The position numbers and the translations under genes are program-made. Shown one piece after another: positions 1 to 12,780 of a stretch of 64,000 bases of DNA. The number at the start of each line of letters is the position of its first letter. Within the stretch, counting starts at the first letter, position 1. The stretch is from Tubulanus polymorphus (Eukaryota; Animalia; Nemertea). The stretch is taken from positions 8,878,962 to 8,942,961 of the forward strand of contig NC_134034.1 in NCBI RefSeq assembly GCF_964204645.1. The letters run 5' to 3'. Below the pieces are notes generated by a model. It made no database searches. It was given only the letters and a program-made list of their open reading frames with translations, and was not told the origin of the DNA.

Positions 1-219
1 CGCCTCCACGACCACCGCATCCACGCCCTCTACGTCCACGTGCACCGCTTCCACGACCACCGCGTCCCCGCCCGCGAGGACCACGCCCACGTCCATGTTG
101 AGCTTGTAAATCAGGCCTACCTACAATGGGACTGCTGCTCCGTGATCTCCATCGGTCACTGCTACCGTCACTGGCGGCTTCAGGCGCGGGTGTTTCATTC
201 AAAGTTATTCCATCTGAAT
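1..219 (-). CDS. Partial exon encoding a Ser-rich then RGG/RG-rich low-complexity segment (runs off the window edge)
   Basis: Minus-strand acceptor ttctcttttag followed by an open frame DSDGITLNETPAPEAASDGSSDRWRSRSSSPIVGRPDLQAQHGRGRGPRGRGRGGRGSGARGRRGRGCGGRGG. A possible internal donor at ~127 would shorten it. Confidence 0.5.
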
Positions 220-276
220 CTAAAAGAGAACAATGAACTAATTATCATTGGCCAAACTAACTGGCAGTTCAGGTAA

Positions 277-613
277 AACGAGGGGTCCAGGGACACCACG
301 CCCACTTCGAAAGTGGTTTGGAATTCTCAACAATCTGACAATGTCAATATTCAACACCCCTCTGGTGAACATATCTTGAACCAATGACATTGAAACTCAC
401 TACAATCGTAGAACATGCCATGAGCTAAAATTTTGAAATTCATTGTGGTAACAAAATATTCGTAGGTACCAAAATAATATGAAAATACAAAGCTATTCCG
501 CTATTCAATGCCCCCTGGTGACCATATACAAAAACAAATGACTTCGGACGGACGACAGACGAAAAGTGAACGCAATTGCCCGCTGGGACTATTGTCCCAA
601 TTGTGGGCTAAAA
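277..613. mobile_element. Short Helentron-associated non-autonomous element (HINE/DINE-like), family B
   Basis: Same ends as 24584-25650 (ggggtccagggacacc...gaaaagtgaacgcaat...gtgggctaaaaa), GGAC-type microsatellite remnant, terminal hairpin tgggac-tatt-gtccca, ends in an A-run. Confidence 0.7.
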
Positions 614-649
614 AAACAAATACTGGCAGAGTGTGTAAATTAGGCCTAC

Positions 650-748
650 CATCAAGAGAACTGCTGCTCCGTGATCTCAATCGGTCACTGCTAGCGTCAC
701 TGGCGGCTTCAGGCGCTGGTGTTTCATTCAAAGTTATTTCATCTGAAT
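650..748 (-). CDS. Exon paralogous to the first part of the exon at 1-219
   Basis: Same acceptor (ttctcttttag), encodes DSDEITLNETPAPEAASDASSDRLRSRSSSSLD, ends at donor gtaggc. Confidence 0.5.
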
Positions 749-1365
749 CTAAAAGAGAACAATGAAATAATTAGTGTAATATTGGCCTATATTGATTGTA
801 TGACTACCTTTTTGAATAGACCTAGGGCTAAAGCCAATGAATACAGCTGCCAATGAGCGGCTTCAAAACATAGCCTATACTAGAATAGGCAGATATTGGA
901 TATTGGAGCGCTTTATTTATAGGCCTAAATGTTTTGATTATCATTGTACATGTATAAAACGGCGGGCATCCTGGAAATCGCTACAATTATAGTAGGCCTA
1001 TGGAATGAGTGAGTGTTCTTATGAATTATAAGTATATTCTATGATTTCATGTATTTTCACACTGACAATACATCAGCAGGCATCACGGGTTACACTCCGG
1101 GTATAGCCTACACTACAGTTTGGCGTTGGAACTGCAGCGGCGAATGCCGCGGCAATCGCCGCCGCAATAATTTATTGAATTACGTTTTTTTTCTTCGAAT
1201 ACCATGTTTTTGACACATACATGTAGTAGTAAATTCGCCGCAGAACTTGTCAAAATCGGCAATTCGCCGCGGCAATAAAAATTTGCTTCCAACGGCAACG
1301 CGCCTGTACAGTACATTAGGCCTACTAGTATACTGTTATAGCCGAGTAGAAAAAAACATAGAAAT

Positions 1366-3261
1366 CGGCATTAAGAAAACATAGAAATGATCCACATTTC
1401 AAAATAACGTGTGATACCTGTGGTGCCACCTATCATAATTATTTTTCATATCGTAGTCATTTTAAACGCCTCTATGCCCATAGAAAAGAAGTGGACCATG
1501 AACCCGATGACATAGGCCTACCAGAACCGCAAATTCGCCTCAATGATGATCCTAGACCTGACTTAGGTCTAGTGGAACATAATATTCAACAAAATCAAAA
1601 TGAACTCAATATTGCACCAGTTGACCAACTGAAAATAAGTGCTGGGCAATTCATTCTAAAAATGAGAGCTGGCCATAACATAAGTGCAAGAGCAACCTGT
1701 GAGATGCTTGAAACAGTCAGCCAGTTTACTGAAATTGTTTCTGAGTGTACTCGTGATAATCTTCTTAGATTAGTTCCTGGACTGAACGAAGAACAAAAGA
1801 ATTTGATTGCTCATTACTTTGCTGAAAAGCAGGATGTATTTCCTGGGCTTCAAAGTACATATATGCAGAACAAGTTCTTTAGAGATAATTTCTCTTTGGT
1901 TGAACCCGTGGAAATAGTGCTAGGTTATTATTTCAAAAAGGTTAAGGTTAAAGGTAGATATATTTTCTTTCAAAGAAAGTCCCTGCTCTTGGCTATTTTA
2001 AACCATTATGAGAAACTCTTAAATCAATTTTGAGTATACCTCAAGTGAAGAATTGTGCCAATATAAGTCATGCTAGTGAAGATCAATACATGCGTGACAT
2101 GTGCGATGGTACTTTTTCAAAAACCATCCTCCGTTCAAAGAAAACCCGAATGCGCTTTGCCTTCTTGCATACTGTGATGATTTCGAGCTAGCCAATCCGA
2201 TTGGAACTCATGCCAAATTGCATAAAATAATCATATATTATGTAGTTGTACGCAAAATTCCACCTGAATTACGATCAAAATTGCCTGTAATTCATCTTGA
2301 AGCTGTTACACTGAGAAGGTATATTGTTGGTCACACGGGCAGGCTTCAAAAGCTTCTTAACAATTTTGTTGATGGTCTAAACACTCTCTATGGTGGGTAT
2401 ACATTCATCTCACCCTCCGGCATATATCGGACTTTATTGGCATTCACTGGAGATACGCCTGCAGCAAATGAAATTGCTGGATTAAAAGAAGGGGATGGTG
2501 GAGCCAGCAAGCCTTGCATACTTTGTGATATTCATAAGAATCACATGAATGCTATATTCTGTCCCTCTGACTGCATTATGCGAGAAGAAGTTGAACATAG
2601 AGACAGGTGTAATTACCTGAATGAACTTAATAGGGCTGATAGGCTTCTAATGAGTAGTGAGTATGGGATAAATAATAATTCTGTGTTGCAAGGTATCAAT
2701 GATTTCCAGATAACAAAGTGTTTTCCTATGGATGTCATGCATGTACTACTGGAAGGAATTTGCAATTATGAGACAAAATTATGTCTTCGTCATATGGTAT
2801 CTGATAAAAACATGAATGTTAGTGTTTTAAATTACTGCATAGCAAATTACAGCTATCCTGAACTCGAAATGAAGGATAGACCTCAACCCATAGATAGAAA
2901 AACTCTTTTTGGTAATGGAAAACTAAATCAAAGTTCTGAATCTATGCGGATATCAATGTATCACTTGCCATTCATTTTGAACGCTATGAACATACTAGAT
3001 GATAGAGATGAGTATTGGAATAACTGGATACGTTTTCAAAAGATAACTATTCTGAGTTTATCGCCTATTATATCTGATGAAACTATTGCATTTATAGATA
3101 TATTGGTTGCAGTACACAACAGGAAATTCGTAGAGATTTATCCCAATGAGAGCTATATACTCCCAAATTGCACTATATGGTACATTTGGGGGATGAGATG
3201 CGAAAATATGGTCCTCTGCGCACACATTGGTGTATGCGCTTTGAAGGGAAACATGGTTTTT
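1366..3261 (+). pseudogene. EnSpm/CACTA-type transposase (outer element), N-terminal and core part, frameshifted
   Basis: Degenerate C2H2 finger (CDTCGATYHNYFSYRSH), YCDDFELANPIG, FTGDTPAANE, CILC, PMDVMHVLLEG and, in a shifted frame, GPLRTHWCMRFEGKHGF. Frameshifts near 1980, 2100 and 3150. Confidence 0.85.
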
Positions 3262-3817
3262 GGTTTACCTTCGTCAGCGATATGATGTTGGCATTGAGCC
3301 AATTCATGTAAAATCGCGGTACATTTTTTTATGTGATCATTTGTTTCATTGGTTCTCCGCTTAAACGACGTATAATCGGTGCGATTGAAGACATCTCATC
3401 TGAAAATCGATTCAATGCCGTCTTTTAAGCAAAATTTAAATCCTGGTGATAGTTATTTTTGGTTGCAATAAAATAGCAAATCTGAATTTGTCTTTCTATT
3501 GTCCGCCGTTGTGTCAGCAACGTTCGTCCTTCGGTCGGTTAATTTCTTTCGTTTATCTGTAGCCATCCGTCACCAAACAGTAGTTTTTTCCTCTCGTAAG
3601 TATCAGCGAACAGTTTTCTTTTATATCCGGCGATCGTATCCTAGGCCTAAAAGTTCTAGGGTGCGCGTCAGTCGAGTCGATTTAGCACAGTGATTCCTTT
3701 GTTCACCACTACCATTGTCCATTCATTCAGGTTTTTATTTATCATTGTCAAATCTCGTCCCACATTTCTCCTTGTGTCAAAACTGGTAAATTTTATGCTA
3801 AACAATCAGTACAAATC

Positions 3818-5890
3818 ATGTCTGATTTCGAATCGTACTGGACTAAAAGAAGGCGCATTCGATCTTCGGTGAGAAAACATCTAGAAGAGACGAATTCTCT
3901 AGAAAATTTGACCCTCAATCAGACAGATTTTACCCATTCTAACAACAAATTAGGTGATAGACCTATTTCAGAGTTGGATGCTATGCATCCAGTCAATAAC
4001 GCTTGTTCTGGTTGCAGTGTCAATATGTCAGTATGTGATCAGTCTAATAGATATGATGGCCAGCACACTGTCGAAACCAATTTAAGATCAGAAATTGAAT
4101 ATCGTTCTACTGACGAAGATACAGAATTTACCAGTATGCCACCTAATTATGATATAAATGTCAGTCTTGAAAAACTCCAAAATCACATTGAATTAAGTAG
4201 TGACTTAAGTAGTAGAACCTCACCACAATTATCACTTGATATAGCTCAATGGGCTAATAATAAAAAGATAACTCATATTGCACTCCGCAGTCTTTTAAAT
4301 ATATTAAGACGTTATCACCTAACAATCCCCAAAGATCCTAGGACTTTGTTGTCGACTCCAGTTACATATGAAATTAACCCTGCATCCGATGGGCAGTATC
4401 ATCATTTTGGCTTAAAAAAGGTATTTCCCAGAAATCTTTTCAAGTTGATGTGCATAGTTTTACGAGGGATGGGACTGTAACTTTATACCTTCAGATCAAT
4501 ATTGATGGTTTGCCTATATTTAGTAGCAATAATTTGCAGTTTTGGCCGATTCTTGCAAGAATTGTATCACCATTTTATTGTGATCCTTTAATTATTGGCA
4601 CATTTTTTGGCAGTCAGAAACCCTGTGACACTGCTTTCCTAAGCAGCTTTACATCTGAAATAGGTGAAATCAAACAAGATTTCTTTTATCAAAATGTTAA
4701 GATTTCTCTCGAATTGCATTCCTTCATTTGTGATGCACCTGCTCGGAGCATTTGTGAAGGGAATTAAATCGCATTCAGGTTATCATGGCTATGATCGCTG
4801 CTCTACTAAGAGTGTATATGCAGATGGCAGAGTTGTATTCCCTGATTTAAATGCTGCATTGAGAAATGATGAAGACTTCCATGGCAATGAAAATGCTGAT
4901 GATCATATAATCAAAGAAAGTGAATTGAAATGTTTGTCACGTGGAATGGTTATCAGTTTCCTCTTGACTATATGCATCAAGTATGCCTTGCACAGATTTC
5001 TGAAAAGCTTTTAGCTCTTCGTACCATCTGAGTTTGCAAGGAAACCCAGAGTTCTATTAGATTTTAAAAACTGGAAGGCAACAGAGTTACGTCAGTTTCT
5101 CTTGTACACAGGACCGGTTGTTTTGCGTGGAATTTACCAGATGCTTTTTATAAGAACTTCCTTTTGCTTAGTGTAGGGGTATCAATTCTGATGGACCCAA
5201 ATTTGAGTAATAGTTATAATGAGTATGCGGCCCAACTTTTAAAAGCTTTTGTACAGCATTTCGATGAATTATATGGCCCAAATGCCATTGTATATAATAT
5301 TCATTCTATGATTCACTTAGCGAATGATGTAAAATTATTTGGGACTCTAGACTCGATTTCCGGCTTTCCTTTAGAAAATTTCCTCGGTCGATTAAGGCGT
5401 ATGATCAGAGGCCCTGTGAATCCGTTAGCTCAATTGATAAGAAGATATGATGAAATAGGTGATCACGACTCATACCTAAATGAAAAAAAGAATAATTTTA
5501 GTGTCCAAACCACATCAAAATGGCCCTCATCCTCCCGATTTTGACACAGTTCGTTCAGAACAGTTAACAGAAGTAGTGATTCAACAGAGGTATAACACTT
5601 CTATCCGCAAAAGGCATCCTGATAATTGTGTAATGGTCAATTCAAAAATTGCAGTCGTGAAGAACATACTTGCGATTGATAACCAGTATTTCATTGTGTA
5701 TAGTAAAAGTTATGGAGGCCAAGACTTATATTCATACCCAATTGAATCATCTTTCATGAATGTAAGATTAATCTCTGGATTCAGGGAATCACTTCTTGTT
5801 GCACCAATTGATGCTGTGATTGGCTAATGCGTTTTATTACCCCATGGTGATAATTATGCCGTGCTCCCTATTCGGCACAGTTTTTAGTTG
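3818..5890 (+). pseudogene. EnSpm/CACTA-type transposase (inner element), multiple frameshifts
   Basis: Motifs across frames: [92 protein letters not shown]. Confidence 0.9.
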
Positions 5891-6410
5891 ACTCGGGGCT
5901 TTAGTTACAGTGCGCTATTGTGTTCATTTTTTTTCCGTTTGTCCGTCCGTAGACGGAATCCAGTTATTTTGGGAAGTTTTGAAGACACATCTATGCTTTG
6001 TCGTCATATTTGGTTTATACATGAATCTAACCAAGATACATCTTCAACCGAAAAATTGGCCTGATCAGAATCAAAATGGCTCAAAATCAAGAGAAATTTC
6101 GATCAATTATCTTGATCATTTACACATATTTGTTTCCCCAAAGGACCTATTAGCATGATAAAAAATGGATCGATCGGCCTCAAGATGGTCGTGTGACCTT
6201 TTTGGTGTCCAAAAATGTCAATTTCAGCCTGAATTCTGAGAGCTGGTGCTTCCTAATGGTTTGTCATTTTTCATTGGAATTAGTGATGGGCATGTATGAA
6301 AAGAGGTCTTTTATGCATCAGACAGGTTATTTCAGCCAATTATCAATCATTGGCGGCCATATAAGTTTTTTGAGAAAAATATCAACAGGTTTTAACTTAT
6401 AGTTTTGATT
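5881..6410. mobile_element. HINE-like element related to family B, opposite orientation
   Basis: T-run start, gtccgtccgtagacggaatccagttattttgggaagttttgaagac is the reverse complement of 25530-25580. Right boundary approximate. Confidence 0.6.
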
Positions 6411-7748
6411 TGAATTGTATTGGCACTGGCATATGATACAATATTACATCTCATGTGGAATTTATTGCTTGGAAATTGCACCAATAGCAGTAATTTTTTT
6501 TTCTCAAAATGTTCTAGTGGAGGATTCCCAAACCCCCTCTTTGTCTAAAAACCAGTAAGATCTTGTGACCCCCTTAATCGTGCTTTGCACCTGCATCTCT
6601 CATACAGTCTAGCCTATCACCTTTGGTAGATAAGTAGAGCCCCCTCAAGGATTCAGGCTTGCATAATTGATGGCTGTCACAGAAGGGTCGCACTAAGTCA
6701 AGGCGTAGCCTAAGTTTGAGTATTCTTGTGTTCGATTGTTCCTTTTTTAGTTGAAATGTCATTTGTAATCGTCGAATTCGTGGGTGAAGTTGATGACAAT
6801 GGTGTTGCCGCGAGTGAAATCGTCCCTCGTTCGTGGCTGAATGGTAGTAATTGTCAATGGCCACCAGATTCAATGGTAAACAAAATTGACAAACTGTCTC
6901 GGAATCCTGGTCGGATAAAAAATCCGGAGGCGTGGTCAGAACAATCAATCCGGATAATCAGAAGCTTTGGTGAGTAAAAGCTGGTAAACATGCTCCATCG
7001 TTTTAAATTGACTCTGCTATATCCAGAATAATACTGCGTCGTTTTAATCATGATTTCAGAAACATATGAAATGGCGAAAAAAAATCTAGATCGATTAGAT
7101 TTAACTAGTGAAATAGAAGAATCGGCCTCGAGTGTTGTTGATTTAAATTATTATCGACCAGCGAGGAATTCACGTGTAAGGTAGGACTTTTATTGACTGA
7201 GGTAGATTTCCAGAAAATTATGGACAAAAAATCATGACATGAACGAAAAATGCATCCACACGGCACAGCCACAATGCAGAAAGAGCTCTAGGAAAATGCA
7301 TTGGATCGATGACTGCATTTTGATTCATTTGATATGCCTGTTTCATAAGATTTTGTTGAGTTGCAATGTTTTATTTAAGTATTTTTCATATTTCAGATCC
7401 CGCAGATACATCACAACTTCAAGTGATGATGAGGATGTGGCAGTCAAGAGGCCAGCTCCACAACCATTTAGATCAAATTTGAATATCATGCCTGAAATAC
7501 CACCACCATCTAGAAGGTCAATACTAACACCGCCACCTCGCCAAGGTGTATTTCAGGCATCGACACCAATGGTAACACCACCACCTCGTCAGGGTGTATA
7601 TCAGGCGTCGACGCCAATGCCTTCACCTGGGTTTACCAGGGCACGTTCACCGCCTCGAAGGAGAGATGCACCCGAGCCAGACACTTCTGGTAAGAAACAT
7701 TAGTATGAAATAGCTTGGTCAGATTCCGATACAAAAAAAGGTTTAAAT

Positions 7749-7926
7749 GCGAGAAATCCCACAATCAATACAGCCAAAAACAGAAATATATATTTGCGCA
7801 AATGTTTCGGCAATAGACTATTAGCCTGATGATGGCTAATAGTCTTTAGCCGAAACGTTACGCAAATATATATACTCTTCTATTCAAGTTTCACGTTTTG
7901 GCTGAATTTATTGTGGGATTTCTCGC
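7749..7926. mobile_element. Palindromic Penelope-like terminal remnant with minimal hammerhead ribozyme core
   Basis: Imperfect inverted repeat centred on CTGATGA (7826-7832), followed by stem ggctaa/ttagcc and GAAAC (7852-7856). Confidence 0.6.
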
Positions 7927-9536
7927 GTTTATTCGTCATACACGGATATTGTGTTTTTCTTCTCAGAAAAAAAGTTTATATTTAGCACACTTTAGACTTG
8001 TTGTTTGCCTGTACTGGTACAGAATCAAGTTATTTTGGGAAGTTTTGAGGAGAGTTTTATAGATTGTCTTGATATTTAGTTTATACATGTTGCATCTCCT
8101 TAGATAAGCCTACATCTGCGGCCTAAAAACTGGCTCAACCGGAATCAACATGGCCGAGCGGGCATTGTTTGTTAAAATCAACACTTTTTACACATTTTTG
8201 AAGTTTTGATCAGAAATTTTTATGACAGTGGTTGTTTCACCCTAGGGGTTTTGCATCTACACTGAATAGAAATAGGGTTTCAATGTAGAGTATCCATCCT
8301 GCAAAACAAGTTTTTTAGAAAGGGTTCATTCCCCCCCCCCCCTTGAAACCAGCATTGGACTCTGCTTTTTTCTAGTATAGATATGCAGAATTAAAAATAT
8401 GAGGATTGAGCTCCACAATTGACCTTGAACTTGAACTACAGATGATTCATTCTTCGGATGTCAACGTTTTCGAAACGCTTCTGCAATGAGCTAGTGTAAA
8501 CATACTTATCAGAAAGTGTCAGACCACTTTCCAAGTGGGCATTAGTGTCCTTGGACACCTAGTTAATGAATATTTCTATCAAGTTGAGCTTTGTGTATTT
8601 TTTTCAGTTCAAACAAAAAAGCTTGTTGAGCTTTATGAAGAGCTCAAGGTGGAGATGCGGCAGCAGATGCGGTTGATCCAGCGTCTGCTTTCGAAAATGT
8701 CAGTAGATGACAATGACAGGGATGCAGCTTTACCAGAAGAGTTCAAGCTACCAGCTGAAGTACACGATGATATGGTGGCCAAAGACACTTTATTGGCTGT
8801 TCGTGCCACCAGGAAGGCAGTGGTATGTATTGATGTGATGGAACTAATCTAAAGTTTGTTATATTTTCTGCATTCATGAATTTTGTTTTTAATGATGTAG
8901 GTTTCCCACCTGTCCTCATATGGAGGGCATGATGACAAATCAACAGTTTGGCGTATCTTGAGCCACATTATGAGTCACCAGTTATGTCTACAATAAAACT
9001 GGCAAGGACGTCGTGGAAAACGTGGATTGGTTGTTCACACGAACCTAATTAAAGCCATATTTGGTAAGTAACAACTAAATAAAATCACATATGGTCTGCG
9101 GTAATTGTCAGTTTCTTATGAAATGTATGTCCTTTCACATTCTGCTACTAATAGCTTGTAAACATCATGTTGAATTTGGACCGAGTCTATATGCATTAGT
9201 TTATTTTATGTAAAACACTGTCTATCCTATACTTCGAATCAAATTATACTAAGAAAATTGACTTGAACAATGTGACTGGTATATAGAACCTCACCCAACG
9301 GCAATAGAATTAATGTAGGCCTGATATCTTATTGTTGCTAGTGATTGTCCATCAGTGGCTTGTACTACCTCAGACTTAGGAGCCGACACTGGTTCAAAAT
9401 TGTATTACAATGGATTTATTGCTCCCAAGTATCAGAAAAGTTATTGCAAAAAACCTGTAATCGATGCTGAGCAGCTAATTTCATTTGATATTTTTATCGC
9501 TTTAGAATCAGTTCGCAGAAATCCGGTTTGCAAAGA

Positions 9537-9950
9537 TACGGAAGCCCCTAGGTGACATATGAGATAATTTTTTTCATAATTTCGACTTATTAAGTCGAAT
9601 TTCGACATAATAAGTCGAATTTCGACTTAATAAGTCGAATTCCGACTTAATTAGTCGAATTTCGACATAATAAGTCGAATTTCGTGTTAATCAAGTCGAA
9701 TTTCGACTTACTAAGTCGAAATTCGACATGAAAATAAAACTCGAAATTCGACTTAATTAACACGAAATTCGACTTGTTATGTCGAATTTCGACTTATTAC
9801 GTCGAAATCCGACTTAATTAACACGAATTTCGACTTATTATGTCGAAATTCGACTTATTAAGTCGAAATTCGACTTATTATGTCGAAATTCGACTTAATA
9901 AGTCGAAATTGTGAAAAAACTTTCTCGTATGTCACCTAGGGGCTTCCGTA
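9537..9950. mobile_element. Palindromic MITE (TA-CGGAAGCCCC termini) built from ~20-bp palindromic units
   Basis: tacggaagcccctaggtgacata ... tatgtcacctaggggcttccgta; interior is an array of ttcgacttaataagtcgaa(t) units. Confidence 0.9.
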
Positions 9951-12056
9951 GAAAAGTTATTGCAAAAAACCTGTAATCGCTGCTGAGCAGCTAATTTCAT
10001 TTGATATTTTTATCGTTTTAGAATCAGTTCACAGAAATCCGGTTTGCAAAGATTGCTTGGACGGTAGTCTTGAGCAAATTATCATGGTCTGGCTGCGAAA
10101 CCGCGCAGCAACACTATAAATTAACTAATGACTTATGTAACTCAATAAACCTTAAAAATAACCTTTGACATAAAAAACTAATTTATTCCAACTTGAAAAA
10201 CTCAAAATAAATTGGTGAAATTACTTTTTACTGTAGAAACCAGTTTATTCCGAATTGAAAAAATCCAAAATTAAATTGACTAGGAACAGTTTGACTAAAA
10301 AATGATACCTTGCTTTTCCTTATCGGTGTGTTCATTTTGTAAACCGCAATAAAAGTTTGTAATAAGTTTATTTCTGTAGCACGTTTAACTGCAAATTGTC
10401 ATTATCAGAGAAAATTAATATAAATTTCTCAATATTTGATATTTGATTAAGGACAGATATATGTACATATATTAATTATCAATATATAATATTAATAATA
10501 ATATAATATTTATAATATTAATACATTAATTATGTATTTTTGGCCATTGGATTTTGTAGATTATTACTGCCACCTTATAATAGTTTTTAATAGTGCTAAA
10601 AATTGATACCTTGTTTCCCCGCTCTGCTGAGCTTAAAAGTTGACTCGTGCGGCCTCTTTTAAATCGTGATCAATTTTATCATAACAGACAGCTATAGAAA
10701 ATAACCTACAAATTTTATCACATTTTACAAAAATGACCCAACCGCTGCGGAGAAACAAGTTATCATTTTTGTTTAGCTTAACTATAGTATATTTTTGTAG
10801 GAAATAATACGCAGTGCCCTAAAACATGCTGTTACATTGGGCTGAATTGCATGTACCATACAATTTTTGCCTGATCTGGCATATTCCATGATATTCATCG
10901 GTTTGAATTGAATTTCATGAATTTCCGTAAATTTATGCATTTTTATGTCAGTATTATGTGTTCAAGTATGGAAGAGTTAATATTTACAGTTCTTACGTTC
11001 GAAATATGTATATTTTAAATAAAAACAGTTCACAATTTCTAATTAATGGACATATTTTTGTATATCGATTTTTGGATGGCAAATCATTGGCTGACTTTTG
11101 GAATATGAATGGCATTTCATTGGAGAAATATTGGCATTTACTCGGTAGTTCATTGGCCCATCAAGTTGGTTCGTTGGCCATTCATTGGTAAAAAATGTTC
11201 GCCAATGCAGTGCCGATGAGCAAGTCCAATGTTGGTCCGATATTGGTAACCATTATTGGGCCGATAATGAATACCAACATCAGCCCGATGTACAATGTGG
11301 GTGGCTGTTTTTGGGATATACGGGGAATTCCGGCGCTACAAAAATAATTATGGGAAGCCATAGAATGGCGTGCGTTTCATTGGACTAGGTGCCGTATACG
11401 TGCGAATTTCAAATGCTCATTGCTGCTGAGGATGCAATTATTTCACACATCCGCCATAGGTATTGTCTCATTTTAATACGCGGTGATTGTTTTGATTGAC
11501 ATTGACGTGTAAGCGAGGATTCACTTACACGAGGCCTCCACGTGCGCGCGGAGTGCTACACGGCACACACACAAGCTCGTACAGTACACTACCAAAGGTG
11601 ATGCTGTAACGTGTGCACGTTTGACATGAAAATAGGCTGAATAATCGTAGCAGAAGATGAGCGCTGTGTTTTCTGTTTGATAGAACTTGTAATAAATTGT
11701 AATTTCTTGTGACCTGAAAATATTAAGCAGCAAACTACAAGTATAGGTCGAGGTCTGAATATTGTAGTCGTAAATTCCAGGATTTAAAATCTAATTGCCG
11801 ATTTCTTCTGTACCGGTATTTTAACTTCCGCGGCCAACATTGGAAGAGGTTTCCAAGACCCAATATTCAGCCACCCTCTGACATGTGACATCATATGAAT
11901 TTTAGGCCAACCAATATTAATGGTCTGATTGCCGTAACCCAACCGACCCGACTTCAAAGGTACCGAGTGGAAACTTTTTTTCTGGGATTCATTGAAATTA
12001 ATTTTATTTTTGATAAAAACGGCCGACCCACTGCCGACGTATGAGCTACGTATGTT

Positions 12057-12089
12057 CATGGACATATAAATCTAGTTTATACGTCCATG
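12057..12089. mobile_element. 33-bp TIR-only remnant with 7-bp target duplication (putative P-element excision footprint)
   Basis: gtatgtt | catggacatataaa tctag tttatacgtccatg | gtatgtt. Confidence 0.7.
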
Positions 12090-12780
12090 GTATGTTTGAA
12101 TTCAAGTGTGAAAACATGCCTTGACATGTTGCCTAATCTAAGTTTTCCAGGAAACTGGCAGTGTTCCAATAAGCTGCCATTCATTCTCATAGTGACTATA
12201 TTAAAGCTGGTAACGTAAAAGCACGCACATATTCAATGTTTTTATTTTTTCATTTCTAACTCAGAGATGACGCTCTGGACGAAGTTATAATTTTCGAATA
12301 ATCCTCGAAATCTACGCTATTAGACAAATTTCCCGTGCATAACGTAGATGATTTGATATATTGTTTTCATGTAAAAGAGGTGATACATTTTTTTTTGCCC
12401 AAAAATTTTGCAAACAAATTTCTACCTACCTACCGACTCATCCTGAAAAGTTGAGTCGGTGTTACGGCAAACAAACAATTATTTTGGGATGGCCTTATTT
12501 GAATATTTGTTCATATTGTTAAACATATTTTTTTTTGAAAATATAAAATAGTTTCCCTGCCACGCCTACCTGTACCATACAAAATTTTGGACGTGGACCG
12601 TAACCAAATGTATATCTTTGGTCTTATTTGACTACAAAGTAATTCTTTAAGAAAGATAAAATACAATATAAACTTGTGGAACTTTGAAGTCACGAATTAA
12701 AAAGATTTTTCAAGCAATGTCCTTATTCCAAACAACCTCTAGCTTTCAAGGTAAACCACACTTTGCCCATGGGCAATTTA

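Larger units (their letters stand above)
6751..10099 (+). pseudogene. Spliced accessory gene of the inner EnSpm element (DUF4806-like C-terminus)
   Basis: Approximate exons 6751-6969 (MSFVIVEF...EIVPRSWL...CQWPP), 7060-7180, 7397-7688 (Pro-rich), 8608-8823 (coiled coil, EFKLP), 8901-9063 (VWRILSHIM...NWQGRRGKR, with in-frame stop), 10022-10099 (SVHRNP...IMVWLRN). GT-AG boundaries present. Confidence 0.7.
3262..11315 (+). mobile_element. Second (inner) EnSpm/CACTA element nested in the first; left end probably truncated
   Basis: Carries a transposase and a DUF4806-like accessory gene. Dense ttggc/gccaa subterminal motifs at 11080-11300 end in TTTTTGGG; no matching CCCAAAAA was seen at the left. 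Confidence 0.7.

Noticed and set aside
9575-9915. CRISPR-like array of short palindromic repeats
   Set aside because: No unique spacers, no cas genes, eukaryotic context; it is the interior of a MITE.
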